Below are positions 1 through 8,520 of a stretch of 64,000 nucleotides of DNA, piece after piece; the stretch's first letter is position 1; each line of letters opens with the position of its first letter. Source of the DNA: Nitrosarchaeum sp. (GTDB lineage: Archaea; Thermoproteota; Nitrososphaeria; Nitrososphaerales; Nitrosopumilaceae); assembly GCA_021414365.1 (NCBI GenBank), contig JAIOOR010000020.1:3339-67338 (forward strand), written 5' to 3'. The position numbers were made by a program, and so were the translations under genes. Below the pieces are notes generated by a model that saw only the letters and a list, made by a program, of their open reading frames with translations, had not been told where the DNA came from and made no database searches.

Positions 1-225
1 TTTGGTCCTGCCGTTTTGGAAGAAAATGTTCAGGCTCTAATCGTAAGTGATGAAACTGGAAACCAGGGAGCAATTTTAAATCAACTTCGTGCAGAAAAAA
101 ATCTATCCCCCGTTAAAATTGTGATAGTTCCTATGGTTCTGGCTCAGGATGGTAATAGAATTTCTACTAGTAGAATAAAAAATTCTGAAATTGATATAGC
201 GGGTAACTTATTATCAATTGACTAG
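1..225 (+). CDS. C-terminal fragment of an archaeal-type phosphopantetheine adenylyltransferase / cytidylyltransferase-family protein (5' end outside the window)
   Basis: Frame 1 is open from nt 1. The tail IVSDET...IVIVPMVLAQDGNRISTSRIKNSEID resembles the C-terminus of archaeal PPAT-like nucleotidyltransferases. Confidence 0.5.
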   Translation, partial: FGPAVLEENVQALIVSDETGNQGAILNQLRAEKNLSPVKIVIVPMVLAQDGNRISTSRIKNSEIDIAGNLLSID

Positions 226-280
226 AAGATTGTCTATGTTTGAGTAATTGTAATAAAACAATATTTTTGGACAAATTTTT

Positions 281-610
281 ATGGCAATAATCAATGATAT
301 GGTGAAAAAATTTGATTCTGATATTTCAAATCTAAAGGAAGGACTCTATCCTGAACACCTTTCATATTGGTACGATAAAATTATTAAAGAAACAATTGAA
401 ATGGCTCCTCCATGGTTACAAGATAAGATTAAAGTTAAACAAGATCCAATACTTACAATGAAATTTAATCTAGATATTTCAAAAAGAGCAGTTCGTTACT
501 TTATGATTGTGGTTGATAATAATTTGGATGATATGCCATATTCTACAAGGTTGTATTTTCTTAAAGTCCAGGAAATAATGGGAATTGAAATGGATAAACC
601 ATTAGTTTAA
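281..610 (+). CDS. hypothetical protein (109 aa)
   Basis: Clean ORF with an AT-rich upstream region. No recognisable motif. Confidence 0.5.
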   Translation: MAIINDMVKKFDSDISNLKEGLYPEHLSYWYDKIIKETIEMAPPWLQDKIKVKQDPILTMKFNLDISKRAVRYFMIVVDNNLDDMPYSTRLYFLKVQEIMGIEMDKPLV

Positions 611-684
611 TCTACCATTTTTGTTAGGCACAAATTTTAACTCAAACTATCTATAACCAATAGTGTTGAATTTCTATAAGAAAA

Positions 685-1356
685 ATGGATTTTTACAAAG
701 CAAAATATTCTGATAAAAAATTTGACAGACATTCAAAATCTCCCCAATTTCAAAATAGAAACTCTAGAACTAATGAACCTTTACGATCTTATAGAAATTC
801 CGGAGATAAAAGAAAACCAGAAATGCATAAAGTAACTTGTGCTGATTGTGGGAATAAATGTCAAATCCCATTTGAACCAAAATTCAACAGACCTGTTTAT
901 TGCAGTGAATGCTTTCAAAAAAATAAACCAGAAGAATCTAGAGATAAATATCCAAGAAATGAAAGAAATTCTAGCCCGGATACTTTTAGAACGAGTAGAT
1001 CTAAAAGTACGAAATTTCTTAAAAAGACTGAAAGTTTCTATTCTAATGGCTCTGAAAAATTTTATTCTTCCCTAAAAGAAAAATTATTTGAAATTCTTGG
1101 AGGCAAAGTATGTTCTAGTTGTGGATTTAAAGATGAAAGAGCTTTAGGCTTTAACCATGTAAATGATGAAGATGCATTTGACAGTATAAGGAGAGGTGGG
1201 TTTGCATCTTCTTGGGGTAAGTATATCTCCGAACCAGAGTTAGCTAGAAAAGATTTGAGAGTTCTTTGTTTAAATTGTAATGAAATTAGACAACCTACTA
1301 AAACTGAATCTAAATCAAAAACTCCAAATAAAAAAAGTAGATACTTTCCTAGATAA
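685..1356 (+). CDS. basic zinc-ribbon protein with a C-terminal HNH-like Cys/His module
   Basis: N-terminal CADCGNKC-x17-CSECF zinc ribbon, a K/R/S-rich linker, then CSSCG...LGFNHVN...LCLNCN, which resembles an HNH-type finger. Confidence 0.6.
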   Translation: MDFYKAKYSDKKFDRHSKSPQFQNRNSRTNEPLRSYRNSGDKRKPEMHKVTCADCGNKCQIPFEPKFNRPVYCSECFQKNKPEESRDKYPRNERNSSPDTFRTSRSKSTKFLKKTESFYSNGSEKFYSSLKEKLFEILGGKVCSSCGFKDERALGFNHVNDEDAFDSIRRGGFASSWGKYISEPELARKDLRVLCLNCNEIRQPTKTESKSKTPNKKSRYFPR

Positions 1357-1420
1357 CACTATCAAAATCACTTTTGAGAATTAATTAATACTTTAATTAT
1401 ATTAATTTAGTATTAAAAAT

Positions 1421-1504
1421 ATGAATAATGATTTTAAAGCGTTAGGGTTATGTCTTATCGCTATGGTTGGGATAGCTGCAATTTACGTGACCTTTTTACG
1501 TTAA
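1421..1504 (+). CDS. possible 27-aa membrane peptide (not in the ORF track)
   Basis: ATG ORF MNNDFKALGLCLIAMVGIAAIYVTFLR containing one hydrophobic helix. Very short and unsupported otherwise. Confidence 0.15.
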   Translation: MNNDFKALGLCLIAMVGIAAIYVTFLR

Positions 1505-1506
1505 TT

Positions 1507-1788
1507 TCATCCTTTTATAATTTCTATATCTTCTCCAAAAATCTTAGTTGAAACTATTTTATGCTCTTTATCAATCACAGATTGAATAAAATCTGCAAAT
1601 ACTTCTACATGTGCTTCGTTCTTTAGAAGAACACTATGTGCTGATTTGTCTTTTAATGCAACTACTAATTCATTACCTACTATGTTTAAAATCGCTGTCA
1701 TATACGTCTCGTTTGAATCTTTGATAAAAAGTAAACTTGATAATTTTTGAGCCTCATATTTTCCATCACAACTAATTCTTATTTTCAT
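1507..1788 (-). CDS. hypothetical protein (93 aa), translationally coupled to trpS
   Basis: Its start overlaps the trpS stop by 4 nt on the same strand. Confidence 0.5.
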   Translation of the reverse strand: MKIRISCDGKYEAQKLSSLLFIKDSNETYMTAILNIVGNELVVALKDKSAHSVLLKNEAHVEVFADFIQSVIDKEHKIVSTKIFGEDIEIIKG

Positions 1789-2897
1789 TTATTCTCAAAA
1801 AGGAATTGATCTATCTGATCTTTTGCTTTTTCTCTTTTTATCTGATGTTCTGTAAGAAATTCATTTATTTTCTCAATTAAAATTGATTTTAATTCTCCTG
1901 TTAACATCTTTCCTGATTTATAATCATCATAAATTGATTTCAATTTGTTATCATTTGGTTCAAAAAATATTCTTAGATATTGATAAGATACATCAATATC
2001 CGGATTTCCACCAAGTTTTCTATGCTGTTCAATATCTGTCTGACCGCCAGAAAATGCATGTTTGTTAATTTTTTTCTTAACTGTATTTGGAGAATCAGTT
2101 GTGTAAATAGTCCCATTGTCATCAGAAGCTGACATTTTTCCTCCAGGTCCTGATAAACTTGGAATCATAATGTTATGAATTAAAGCTGGTTTTGGCTTTC
2201 CAATTTTTGGTGCAACATCTCGTGTTAATCTAAAATGAGGATCTTGATCAACTCCTAAAGGAATCAATACTGGTTTATCTTCAATAAAACACGGTGCGGA
2301 TTGTAAGGATGTATAAAATATCATACCAATATTTGTCTCATTTGTAAATCCAAATACTGCTTTTGTATTTGAAAAATTAATTTTTTTTGCTACTTGTGCT
2401 GCAATTGGATATAATGTTTGAATATTTTTTGTGTTGATTATAATTTTTGTATTTTTTGGTTTGAATCCTAAAGCAATAAAATCAAGTGCATTTTCATATG
2501 CGAACTTGCCAGTATCCTCTAGTGTAAGATTCGGTTTTGAGAAAAACTTCTCATCATCTGTTAATTGGAAATACATGTTAACGTCAAACTTCTCTTGCAG
2601 CCACTTTGCAAAAACCCATGGAACCAAATGTCCTATATGGGTATGACCTGATGGACCACGGCCGGTGTAGAGAAAAAACTTGTTTCCCTTTTCATAGTCA
2701 TCTAAAATTCTATTCATATCTCTATGTGAAAAGAAGATTCCTCGTCTGAGCATAAAGTGATCCTCTCCAGTAACTCTCTTTATTTTCTCAAGAATGCTTT
2801 GAGAGATCTTTTCTGTGCCAAATTTTTTGATTAGCTTGTCATAGTCAATATCTCCTTCGACATGCCAAGGAGTTACGATAAAGTCATCAGCTGACAT
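1785..2897 (-). CDS. trpS: tryptophanyl-tRNA synthetase (archaeal/eukaryotic type)
   Basis: Class I signatures: FFLYTGRGPSGHTHIGHLVPW (HIGH region) and KMSAS (KMSKS variant). The 370-aa length fits. Confidence 0.9.
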   Translation of the reverse strand: MSADDFIVTPWHVEGDIDYDKLIKKFGTEKISQSILEKIKRVTGEDHFMLRRGIFFSHRDMNRILDDYEKGNKFFLYTGRGPSGHTHIGHLVPWVFAKWLQEKFDVNMYFQLTDDEKFFSKPNLTLEDTGKFAYENALDFIALGFKPKNTKIIINTKNIQTLYPIAAQVAKKINFSNTKAVFGFTNETNIGMIFYTSLQSAPCFIEDKPVLIPLGVDQDPHFRLTRDVAPKIGKPKPALIHNIMIPSLSGPGGKMSASDDNGTIYTTDSPNTVKKKINKHAFSGGQTDIEQHRKLGGNPDIDVSYQYLRIFFEPNDNKLKSIYDDYKSGKMLTGELKSILIEKINEFLTEHQIKREKAKDQIDQFLFENK

Positions 2898-2918
2898 TCA
2901 ATTTGACTTAGGTTAAGG

Positions 2919-2926
2919 TTTAAAAA
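2919..2926 (+). promoter_or_regulatory. TATA-box-like element upstream of pheS (short or absent leader)
   Basis: TTTAAAAA centred about 27 nt upstream of the pheS TTG start at 2949, the spacing typical of archaeal TATA-to-TSS distance. Confidence 0.35.
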
Positions 2927-2948
2927 GTCTTTTTCGAACTTTCTGCTA

Positions 2949-4337
2949 TTGTCACAAGTTTTCCATGAAATTGAAAAAAAAATCATTTCATCACTTAAAG
3001 AAAATCCAAAACAAACCATGGAAAAACTAGAAGAATCAACAAGTCTTTCATCTGATCAAATAAGGCGTGGAGTTGAATGGCTTAGACTAAAGGAACTTGC
3101 AAATGTATCGGAATCAATCACTATACTGTTTTCACTTGGGAAAAACGGTCTTGAGGCATTTGAGAAAGGTCTTCCTGAAAGACGATTACTTGATTTGCTA
3201 AAGGATGGACCAAAAAAACTCCAAGACTTACAAAAGGAACTTGGCTCTATCTTTGGTCCTGCAATGGGGCTTGCAAGAAAAAACAACTGGATTGAATCTA
3301 ACAATGATCAACTCTCTTTGAAAAATTCTTCAGCAAATTTGCCTGGTGAAATTACATTAAAAACAATTGGAAAAAATAAATTATCTAAAATAGAACTTGA
3401 TGAATCTGACTTATCTAGCCTTTTAAAAAGACCTGACTTTATTGTACAAGACGAGATAAAGTCAAAGGAAATCTCCTTAACAGATAATGCAAAATCCATT
3501 GAAATTTCTGATTCTACTGGGGCAATTGATGTCACTGCCAAAGCTCCTCAGGTATACGTTGCTAGAACTCATCCACTAAAAGACACTATTGATGAGATTC
3601 GTGAAATATTTGTCACATTAGGATTTTCAGAAATTCTTGGTAGCATGTCACAACCAAGCTTTTGGAACTTTGATGCACTCTTTACTCCACAGGATCATCC
3701 GGCAAGGGAATTACAGGACACTTTCTATCTTGATGGAATATCTGCAAAAAAGATTGGAACACCAGATCAGATAAAAAAAGTCTCTGCATCACACAAGCAA
3801 GGATGGCGATACCTCTGGGATATTCATGAGGCAAGAAAGATGGTATTGCGAACACACACAACATGTGTTACAATCAAGCACCTCGCTGAAACAAAGCCAG
3901 ATGAGGCTCGTGTATTTTCAGTTGGCCGTGTATTTAGAAATGAAAAAGTAAGCTACAAACATCTTGTAGAGTTTAACCAGATAGAAGGAGTAGTTGTTGG
4001 AAAGAATACAACATTACGGGACTTGATGGGAATCCAAAAAGAATTTTACAAAAGAATTGGAATTACAAAAATAAAGTTCTGGCCAACATTTTTTCCATAC
4101 ACAGAACCATCATTGCAGACAATGGTGTATAATGACAGACTAGGAAAATGGGTTGAATTATTTGGAATGGGAATTTTCAGACCTGAAGTAACAAAGCCAC
4201 TTGGAATCAAAAAACCTGTCTTGGCATGGGGTGGAGGAATTGAACGAATCGCAATGCTAAAGTATGATCTAGATGATGTTAGAGAATTTTACAATAATAA
4301 TTTGAATTGGTTAAGGAGTGCTACCAAATGCCAGTAG
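2949..4337 (+). CDS. pheS: phenylalanyl-tRNA synthetase alpha subunit
   Basis: N-terminal winged-helix repeats plus a class II core (FRNE..., GFGxGxER-like GGGIERIAML). Followed directly by the beta subunit. Confidence 0.92.
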   Translation: MSQVFHEIEKKIISSLKENPKQTMEKLEESTSLSSDQIRRGVEWLRLKELANVSESITILFSLGKNGLEAFEKGLPERRLLDLLKDGPKKLQDLQKELGSIFGPAMGLARKNNWIESNNDQLSLKNSSANLPGEITLKTIGKNKLSKIELDESDLSSLLKRPDFIVQDEIKSKEISLTDNAKSIEISDSTGAIDVTAKAPQVYVARTHPLKDTIDEIREIFVTLGFSEILGSMSQPSFWNFDALFTPQDHPARELQDTFYLDGISAKKIGTPDQIKKVSASHKQGWRYLWDIHEARKMVLRTHTTCVTIKHLAETKPDEARVFSVGRVFRNEKVSYKHLVEFNQIEGVVVGKNTTLRDLMGIQKEFYKRIGITKIKFWPTFFPYTEPSLQTMVYNDRLGKWVELFGMGIFRPEVTKPLGIKKPVLAWGGGIERIAMLKYDLDDVREFYNNNLNWLRSATKCQ

Positions 4338-5962
4338 TCGAACTATCATACTCTAACTTGCAAAAGTTGATTGGCAAGTCTTCCAAAAAGCAAATTTCAG
4401 AATCTTTACCATTTCTTGGATTAGATGTTGAATCTGAAGAAGGTGATCTTGTTAGAGTAGAGTATAGTCCAAACAGACCAGACTATTCTACAGATTTTGG
4501 AATTGCACTTGGCATGCAAGGACTTCTTGGAGTAAAGACTGGTAGTATCAAACTAAACATCAAAAAATCAAACTATGTCATTAAGGTAGATCCTACGGTA
4601 TCAAAGGTTAGGCCATTTGTTACAGGCATTATTGCAAAAAATGGCAAGGTGGATGACAAGATGATAAAACAACTAATGACAATGCAAGAAGACCTTCACT
4701 TTGGAATTGGAAGAAAGAGAAAGAAATCCTCAATTGGAATCCATGACCTTGACAAAATATCATTTCCTCTAACCTATACTGTTGCAAACCGCAATCATTC
4801 TTTCATTCCACTCACATCACAAAATACCATGACTATAACTGAAATTATACAAAACACTGAAGTTGGAAAAGATTACGGTGCATTATTGGGAAACTCTTCA
4901 AATGTTCCAATAATTTTAGATTCTAAGAAAAACACAGTATCATTTCCTCCAATAATTAATGCTGCAGTAACAACTGTCACACATAAGACCATGAACCTCT
5001 TTGTCGAGGTAACTGGAATCAACAAACAAGATGCAGAAGACATGCTAGCAATAGTTGCTACTATTCTTCAAAGCGCAGGATTTTCCTTATATGGTGTAAA
5101 GATTACTGGTGCAAATAATTCCTCACCAAAACTTGTTCCAAGAAAATTAATCATCTCACCTAATTTGATAAATGATTCATTGGGTCTTAAATTAACTACT
5201 TCAAAAATCATAACATCCTTGAAAAAATCTAGATTGGATGCAGAGGCTAAAGGAAAGAACATCATCTGTACAATTCCTGCATATCGATTTGATATATTTG
5301 GTCCAATGGACTTGGTTGAAGAGGTTGCACTAGGATATGGAATACAAAACTTGGAACCAATGATGTCTCCATCTCAGACAATAGGTCAAACAAATCCTGT
5401 ATCTGTAAAACTAAAGTTGCTGTCACTTACCATGGTCGGTCTTGGATATTTGGAAGTCCTAAACTCTAGTCTTACTAGCAAACGAATCTTGTATGAGATG
5501 ACAAACAGGAAACCTGCAAAAATAATTTCAGTACGGGATTCAAAGAGTCAAGAACATACAATATTACGCGATTCTATCTTACCAAGTCTTGTAGAAAATC
5601 TATCAAGAAACATACATGCATCGTATCCTCAGAAATTATTTGAAACAGGAACTATATTTTTGCAAGGAGATCCAATTGATGAAAAAGTTTCCTTTGTAGG
5701 AGTAAGTGCACACCAGGATGCAAGCTTTACAGAGATAAAATCAATCTTACAGTCTGCACTAAAATCTACATTCAATTTGGAAATCGAAACTGCGACTTTG
5801 GCGAACCCAATATTTGAAGACGGCCGTTCTGCATCCGTATTGGTAAATGGTAAATCAGTTGGAATTATTGGAGAGATTAATTCTCAGACAATAGAAAACT
5901 ACAAAATACGTGTTCCAGTAGTTGGATTTGAGATCAATCTTTCAGGATTGATATTTGATTGA
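4328..5962 (+). CDS. pheT: phenylalanyl-tRNA synthetase beta subunit
   Basis: MPVVELSYSNLQKLIG is a typical archaeal PheT N-terminus with B3/4 and B5 domains. The ATG at 4328 overlaps the pheS stop, so I prefer it to the 4307 track start. Confidence 0.9.
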   Translation: MPVVELSYSNLQKLIGKSSKKQISESLPFLGLDVESEEGDLVRVEYSPNRPDYSTDFGIALGMQGLLGVKTGSIKLNIKKSNYVIKVDPTVSKVRPFVTGIIAKNGKVDDKMIKQLMTMQEDLHFGIGRKRKKSSIGIHDLDKISFPLTYTVANRNHSFIPLTSQNTMTITEIIQNTEVGKDYGALLGNSSNVPIILDSKKNTVSFPPIINAAVTTVTHKTMNLFVEVTGINKQDAEDMLAIVATILQSAGFSLYGVKITGANNSSPKLVPRKLIISPNLINDSLGLKLTTSKIITSLKKSRLDAEAKGKNIICTIPAYRFDIFGPMDLVEEVALGYGIQNLEPMMSPSQTIGQTNPVSVKLKLLSLTMVGLGYLEVLNSSLTSKRILYEMTNRKPAKIISVRDSKSQEHTILRDSILPSLVENLSRNIHASYPQKLFETGTIFLQGDPIDEKVSFVGVSAHQDASFTEIKSILQSALKSTFNLEIETATLANPIFEDGRSASVLVNGKSVGIIGEINSQTIENYKIRVPVVGFEINLSGLIFD

Positions 5963-6182
5963 GTTTTTGACTTGTAATTATTGATTACTTCTGAATGTAA
6001 TTTTTCTATTATCTCTGGATAAAATTTCATAATTATGTTTTGTTTTTAATTTATTTAAAGAAACAATGAAAATTTAACTAGTGGTAAGATAGCATGAACT
6101 AAAAAACAACAAAAGATCGTGTGATAATTCTGGATTAATGGTTTTTAGCATAGATAGTTCTATACTTAAACGCCCAAGAGCA

Positions 6183-6337
6183 GGCACACAGACGGATTAG
6201 GATGAGACGATCGTATTGATACCAGTGATTTCTAATTCACCCAGGTGTGCTACAATATGGGCAACCCCGGTTAGAAAACCCAAGGAGGTTTAGGCTAAAA
6301 TTACCAATGATCTTGCGCGAGTCAGAACCGGGGAACA
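6183..6337 (+). ncRNA. candidate double-hairpin box H/ACA guide sRNA
   Basis: Two consecutive 69-nt hairpins, each followed by ACA (6252-6254 and 6335-6337). Both share a UACCARUGAU apical motif. This is the only GC-rich patch in an AT-rich intergenic region, and a U-rich tract follows it. Confidence 0.45.
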
Positions 6338-6388
6338 TTTACAAATTTTCAAAAACATAATAATTCCTACCATTATATGAATCTCAAA

Positions 6389-6808
6389 ATGGTGAATTAT
6401 TGGTTAGCAAAACAAGAACCTGATGGTCCACGAGGATACAATTTTGAAACTCTAAAAAAAGATAAAAAAACTGTTTGGGATGGAGTACATAATAATCTGG
6501 CACTAAAACACATGCGAGAAATGAAAAGTGGAGATCTTGTTTTATTTTATCACACTGGTGAACAAAGGCAAGCAGTTGGTATTATGGAAGTTATTTCTGA
6601 ACCATATCCTAATCCAAAAGAGGATAATAAAAGATTCATTGTAGTTGATGTTAAATATAAAAAATCATTAAAACGACCCATCACTTTAGATGAAATGAAA
6701 AAGCAGAAAAAATTTCAAAATTGGGAACTTATTCGTATTTCTAGATTATCGATAATGCCTGTTCCAAAGCATATTTGGGATGCTGTTCTTGATATTTCTC
6801 AAAACTAA
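6389..6808 (+). CDS. EVE (PUA-like, DUF55) domain protein
   Basis: NYWLAKQEPDG...WDGVHNNLALKHMREMKSGDLVLFYHTG...AVGIMEV matches the EVE / thymocyte nuclear protein 1 pattern. I prefer the second ATG at 6389. Confidence 0.75.
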   Translation: MVNYWLAKQEPDGPRGYNFETLKKDKKTVWDGVHNNLALKHMREMKSGDLVLFYHTGEQRQAVGIMEVISEPYPNPKEDNKRFIVVDVKYKKSLKRPITLDEMKKQKKFQNWELIRISRLSIMPVPKHIWDAVLDISQN

Positions 6809-6856
6809 ATTCGGCCTAATCGGTTTATTGATATAGTCGATTTGTTTAATAAAATC

Positions 6857-7096
6857 ATGGCAACAGCTTATGTTTTAATAAACTGTGAACTAGGTTCCGA
6901 AGAGTCTATCATACAACAACTCAAGGGTCTAGACGGTGTGAAGGAAGTGCATGGTACTTTCGGAGCGTATGATATCTTGGCCAAGATTGAATCTGATACT
7001 GTTGAAAAACTCAGAGAAACAATTACCTGGAAGATTAGAAAAATTGAAAAAATTCGATCAACACTAACTCTTATGGGTATTGAAGGTCAATCATAA
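6857..7096 (+). CDS. stand-alone Lrp/AsnC-type ligand-binding (RAM) domain protein
   Basis: About 80 aa. YVLINCELGSE...GVKEVHGTFGAYDILAKIE is typical of the AsnC_trans_reg domain. Confidence 0.7.
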   Translation: MATAYVLINCELGSEESIIQQLKGLDGVKEVHGTFGAYDILAKIESDTVEKLRETITWKIRKIEKIRSTLTLMGIEGQS

Positions 7097-7114
7097 ACAC
7101 TCTTTTTTCTTACC

Positions 7115-7684
7115 ATGATTTTACATTTTATTTTTGTTGTAAAAGAAGAAGATCTTGAAAAACGTAAACAAGAATTTGAATATGTAAAACAAATGGGAAA
7201 TTTCTATAAAGTTTGGATCAAAAAAAAATTTAATAAAGATTTTGAAATTCAGTGTGATGAATTAATTACAAAACCCAGAAGCATTCTTCAAAAATTAGAC
7301 ATACCTACACTCATCAGAGATCATGAACAAAGGGGTTCACAAATTTACCATTTCTACTTATGTCATTTCAAACCACTTTGGACTGATTGTACATGTGAAG
7401 GATATCATGCTGAAAACTTTGGTATGGTTTGGTGGCAAACACCAAAAGATCCTTTTGACACATTGTTTCTTGCAGAAAAAAATTGCACTACAGTTTCTCA
7501 TGAATTAACACACGAATTATTGCGAGCATCAGGACACAAAAAGTTCATTGAAGTTGTTCATGATATTTGGACCAAACATCTCTTTGACCAACTTCATTTT
7601 GAACAATATGGGCCAAACTTTGAAAGTACCGAAGAAAAACCGATGTTTCTTACAATCAATATATCTGACCTTAAAATAAAATAA
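7115..7684 (+). CDS. hypothetical protein with an HExxH zinc-metalloprotease-like motif
   Basis: The only recognisable element is TVSHELTHELLRASGH. Confidence 0.5.
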   Translation: MILHFIFVVKEEDLEKRKQEFEYVKQMGNFYKVWIKKKFNKDFEIQCDELITKPRSILQKLDIPTLIRDHEQRGSQIYHFYLCHFKPLWTDCTCEGYHAENFGMVWWQTPKDPFDTLFLAEKNCTTVSHELTHELLRASGHKKFIEVVHDIWTKHLFDQLHFEQYGPNFESTEEKPMFLTINISDLKIK

Positions 7685-7731
7685 AACCTAGATATTAGAA
7701 AAATATGTGATGTATTTTGCATATGTTGAAA

Positions 7732-8364
7732 TTAACACTTTGTAACTGAGTAAATATTATTTTCAAAATTCGCAGTCTTGAAATCTAATTTGTTTTCCGT
7801 ATCATTTGTTCTGGACTTGCTTAGATTTTCTAGCTCAACTAATGCATCTCCTCTAAATCCTACTGAAGAACCGTAAATTGCATCACTTAGCATTGTTCCA
7901 TGCTCTCCTTTCTTAATATCGTCAACCATCTCATAAAATCGAATAGTTTCTTTTTTGTTTACCGGGTTTCCTGTTGCCTTGTTATGTGCTACTGCAATAT
8001 ACATTCCATTATTTTTTACAGCCACTGGAATTTTGTGATTTGTCCCGCTTGCTCCTGGGATTGTTTCATTAACTAAAACTTCGCATTTATGATACATGCT
8101 AGAAACATATGCATAGAATCTATACTGTGCGTATTTTCCTGCACTATCTTCTTCACATCCAACAAATACTTTATGTAAAAGCTCTAAAGCATCGTCATTC
8201 ATACTTTGTAATCTGTCGTCTATTCTTCCTCTTTCTAGAAGATCAGACTTGCATTCTTTTGCAATCAACACTAAAATGAAATCAGGTAAATTATAATTTT
8301 TTAATGCTGCAACAAACGCTCCTGCTTGTGACATACCAAATTTTGGAAAACCTTTATTGACCAT
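7732..8364 (-). CDS. hypothetical protein, possibly with a PD-(D/E)xK nuclease-like C-terminal half
   Basis: IPVAVKNNGMYIAVAHNKATGNPVNKKETIRFYEMV loosely resembles Mrr/restriction-endonuclease cores. Weak. Confidence 0.45.
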   Translation of the reverse strand: MVNKGFPKFGMSQAGAFVAALKNYNLPDFILVLIAKECKSDLLERGRIDDRLQSMNDDALELLHKVFVGCEEDSAGKYAQYRFYAYVSSMYHKCEVLVNETIPGASGTNHKIPVAVKNNGMYIAVAHNKATGNPVNKKETIRFYEMVDDIKKGEHGTMLSDAIYGSSVGFRGDALVELENLSKSRTNDTENKLDFKTANFENNIYSVTKC

Positions 8365-8520
8365 TTACACTCCTCACCATAGCACAACTGTAACTCCCCA
8401 ACACTCAATTAGTTAGTCGCTTTTAGTTTATAATTGTTAAGAAATTGACATGCCTACATCCAAATTTATGAAATTTTTTGAATTGCAAATATTAAATTCC
8501 AGTTAAATTATCAAATTGAT

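Noticed and set aside
4307-4327. The track start for pheT at 4307 (MVKECYQ...).
   Set aside because: The ATG at 4328 gives the conserved MPVVEL... N-terminus and a compact overlap with the pheS stop.
5963-6376. Considered RNase P RNA or SRP (7S) RNA for the GC-rich intergenic patch.
   Set aside because: Neither strand contains the RNase P CR-I GGAAAGUCC-type element. Neither strand contains an SRP helix-8 GGAA tetraloop with a flanking AGCA/GNAR context. The structured part is only about 160 nt. A two-hairpin plus ACA layout fits better.
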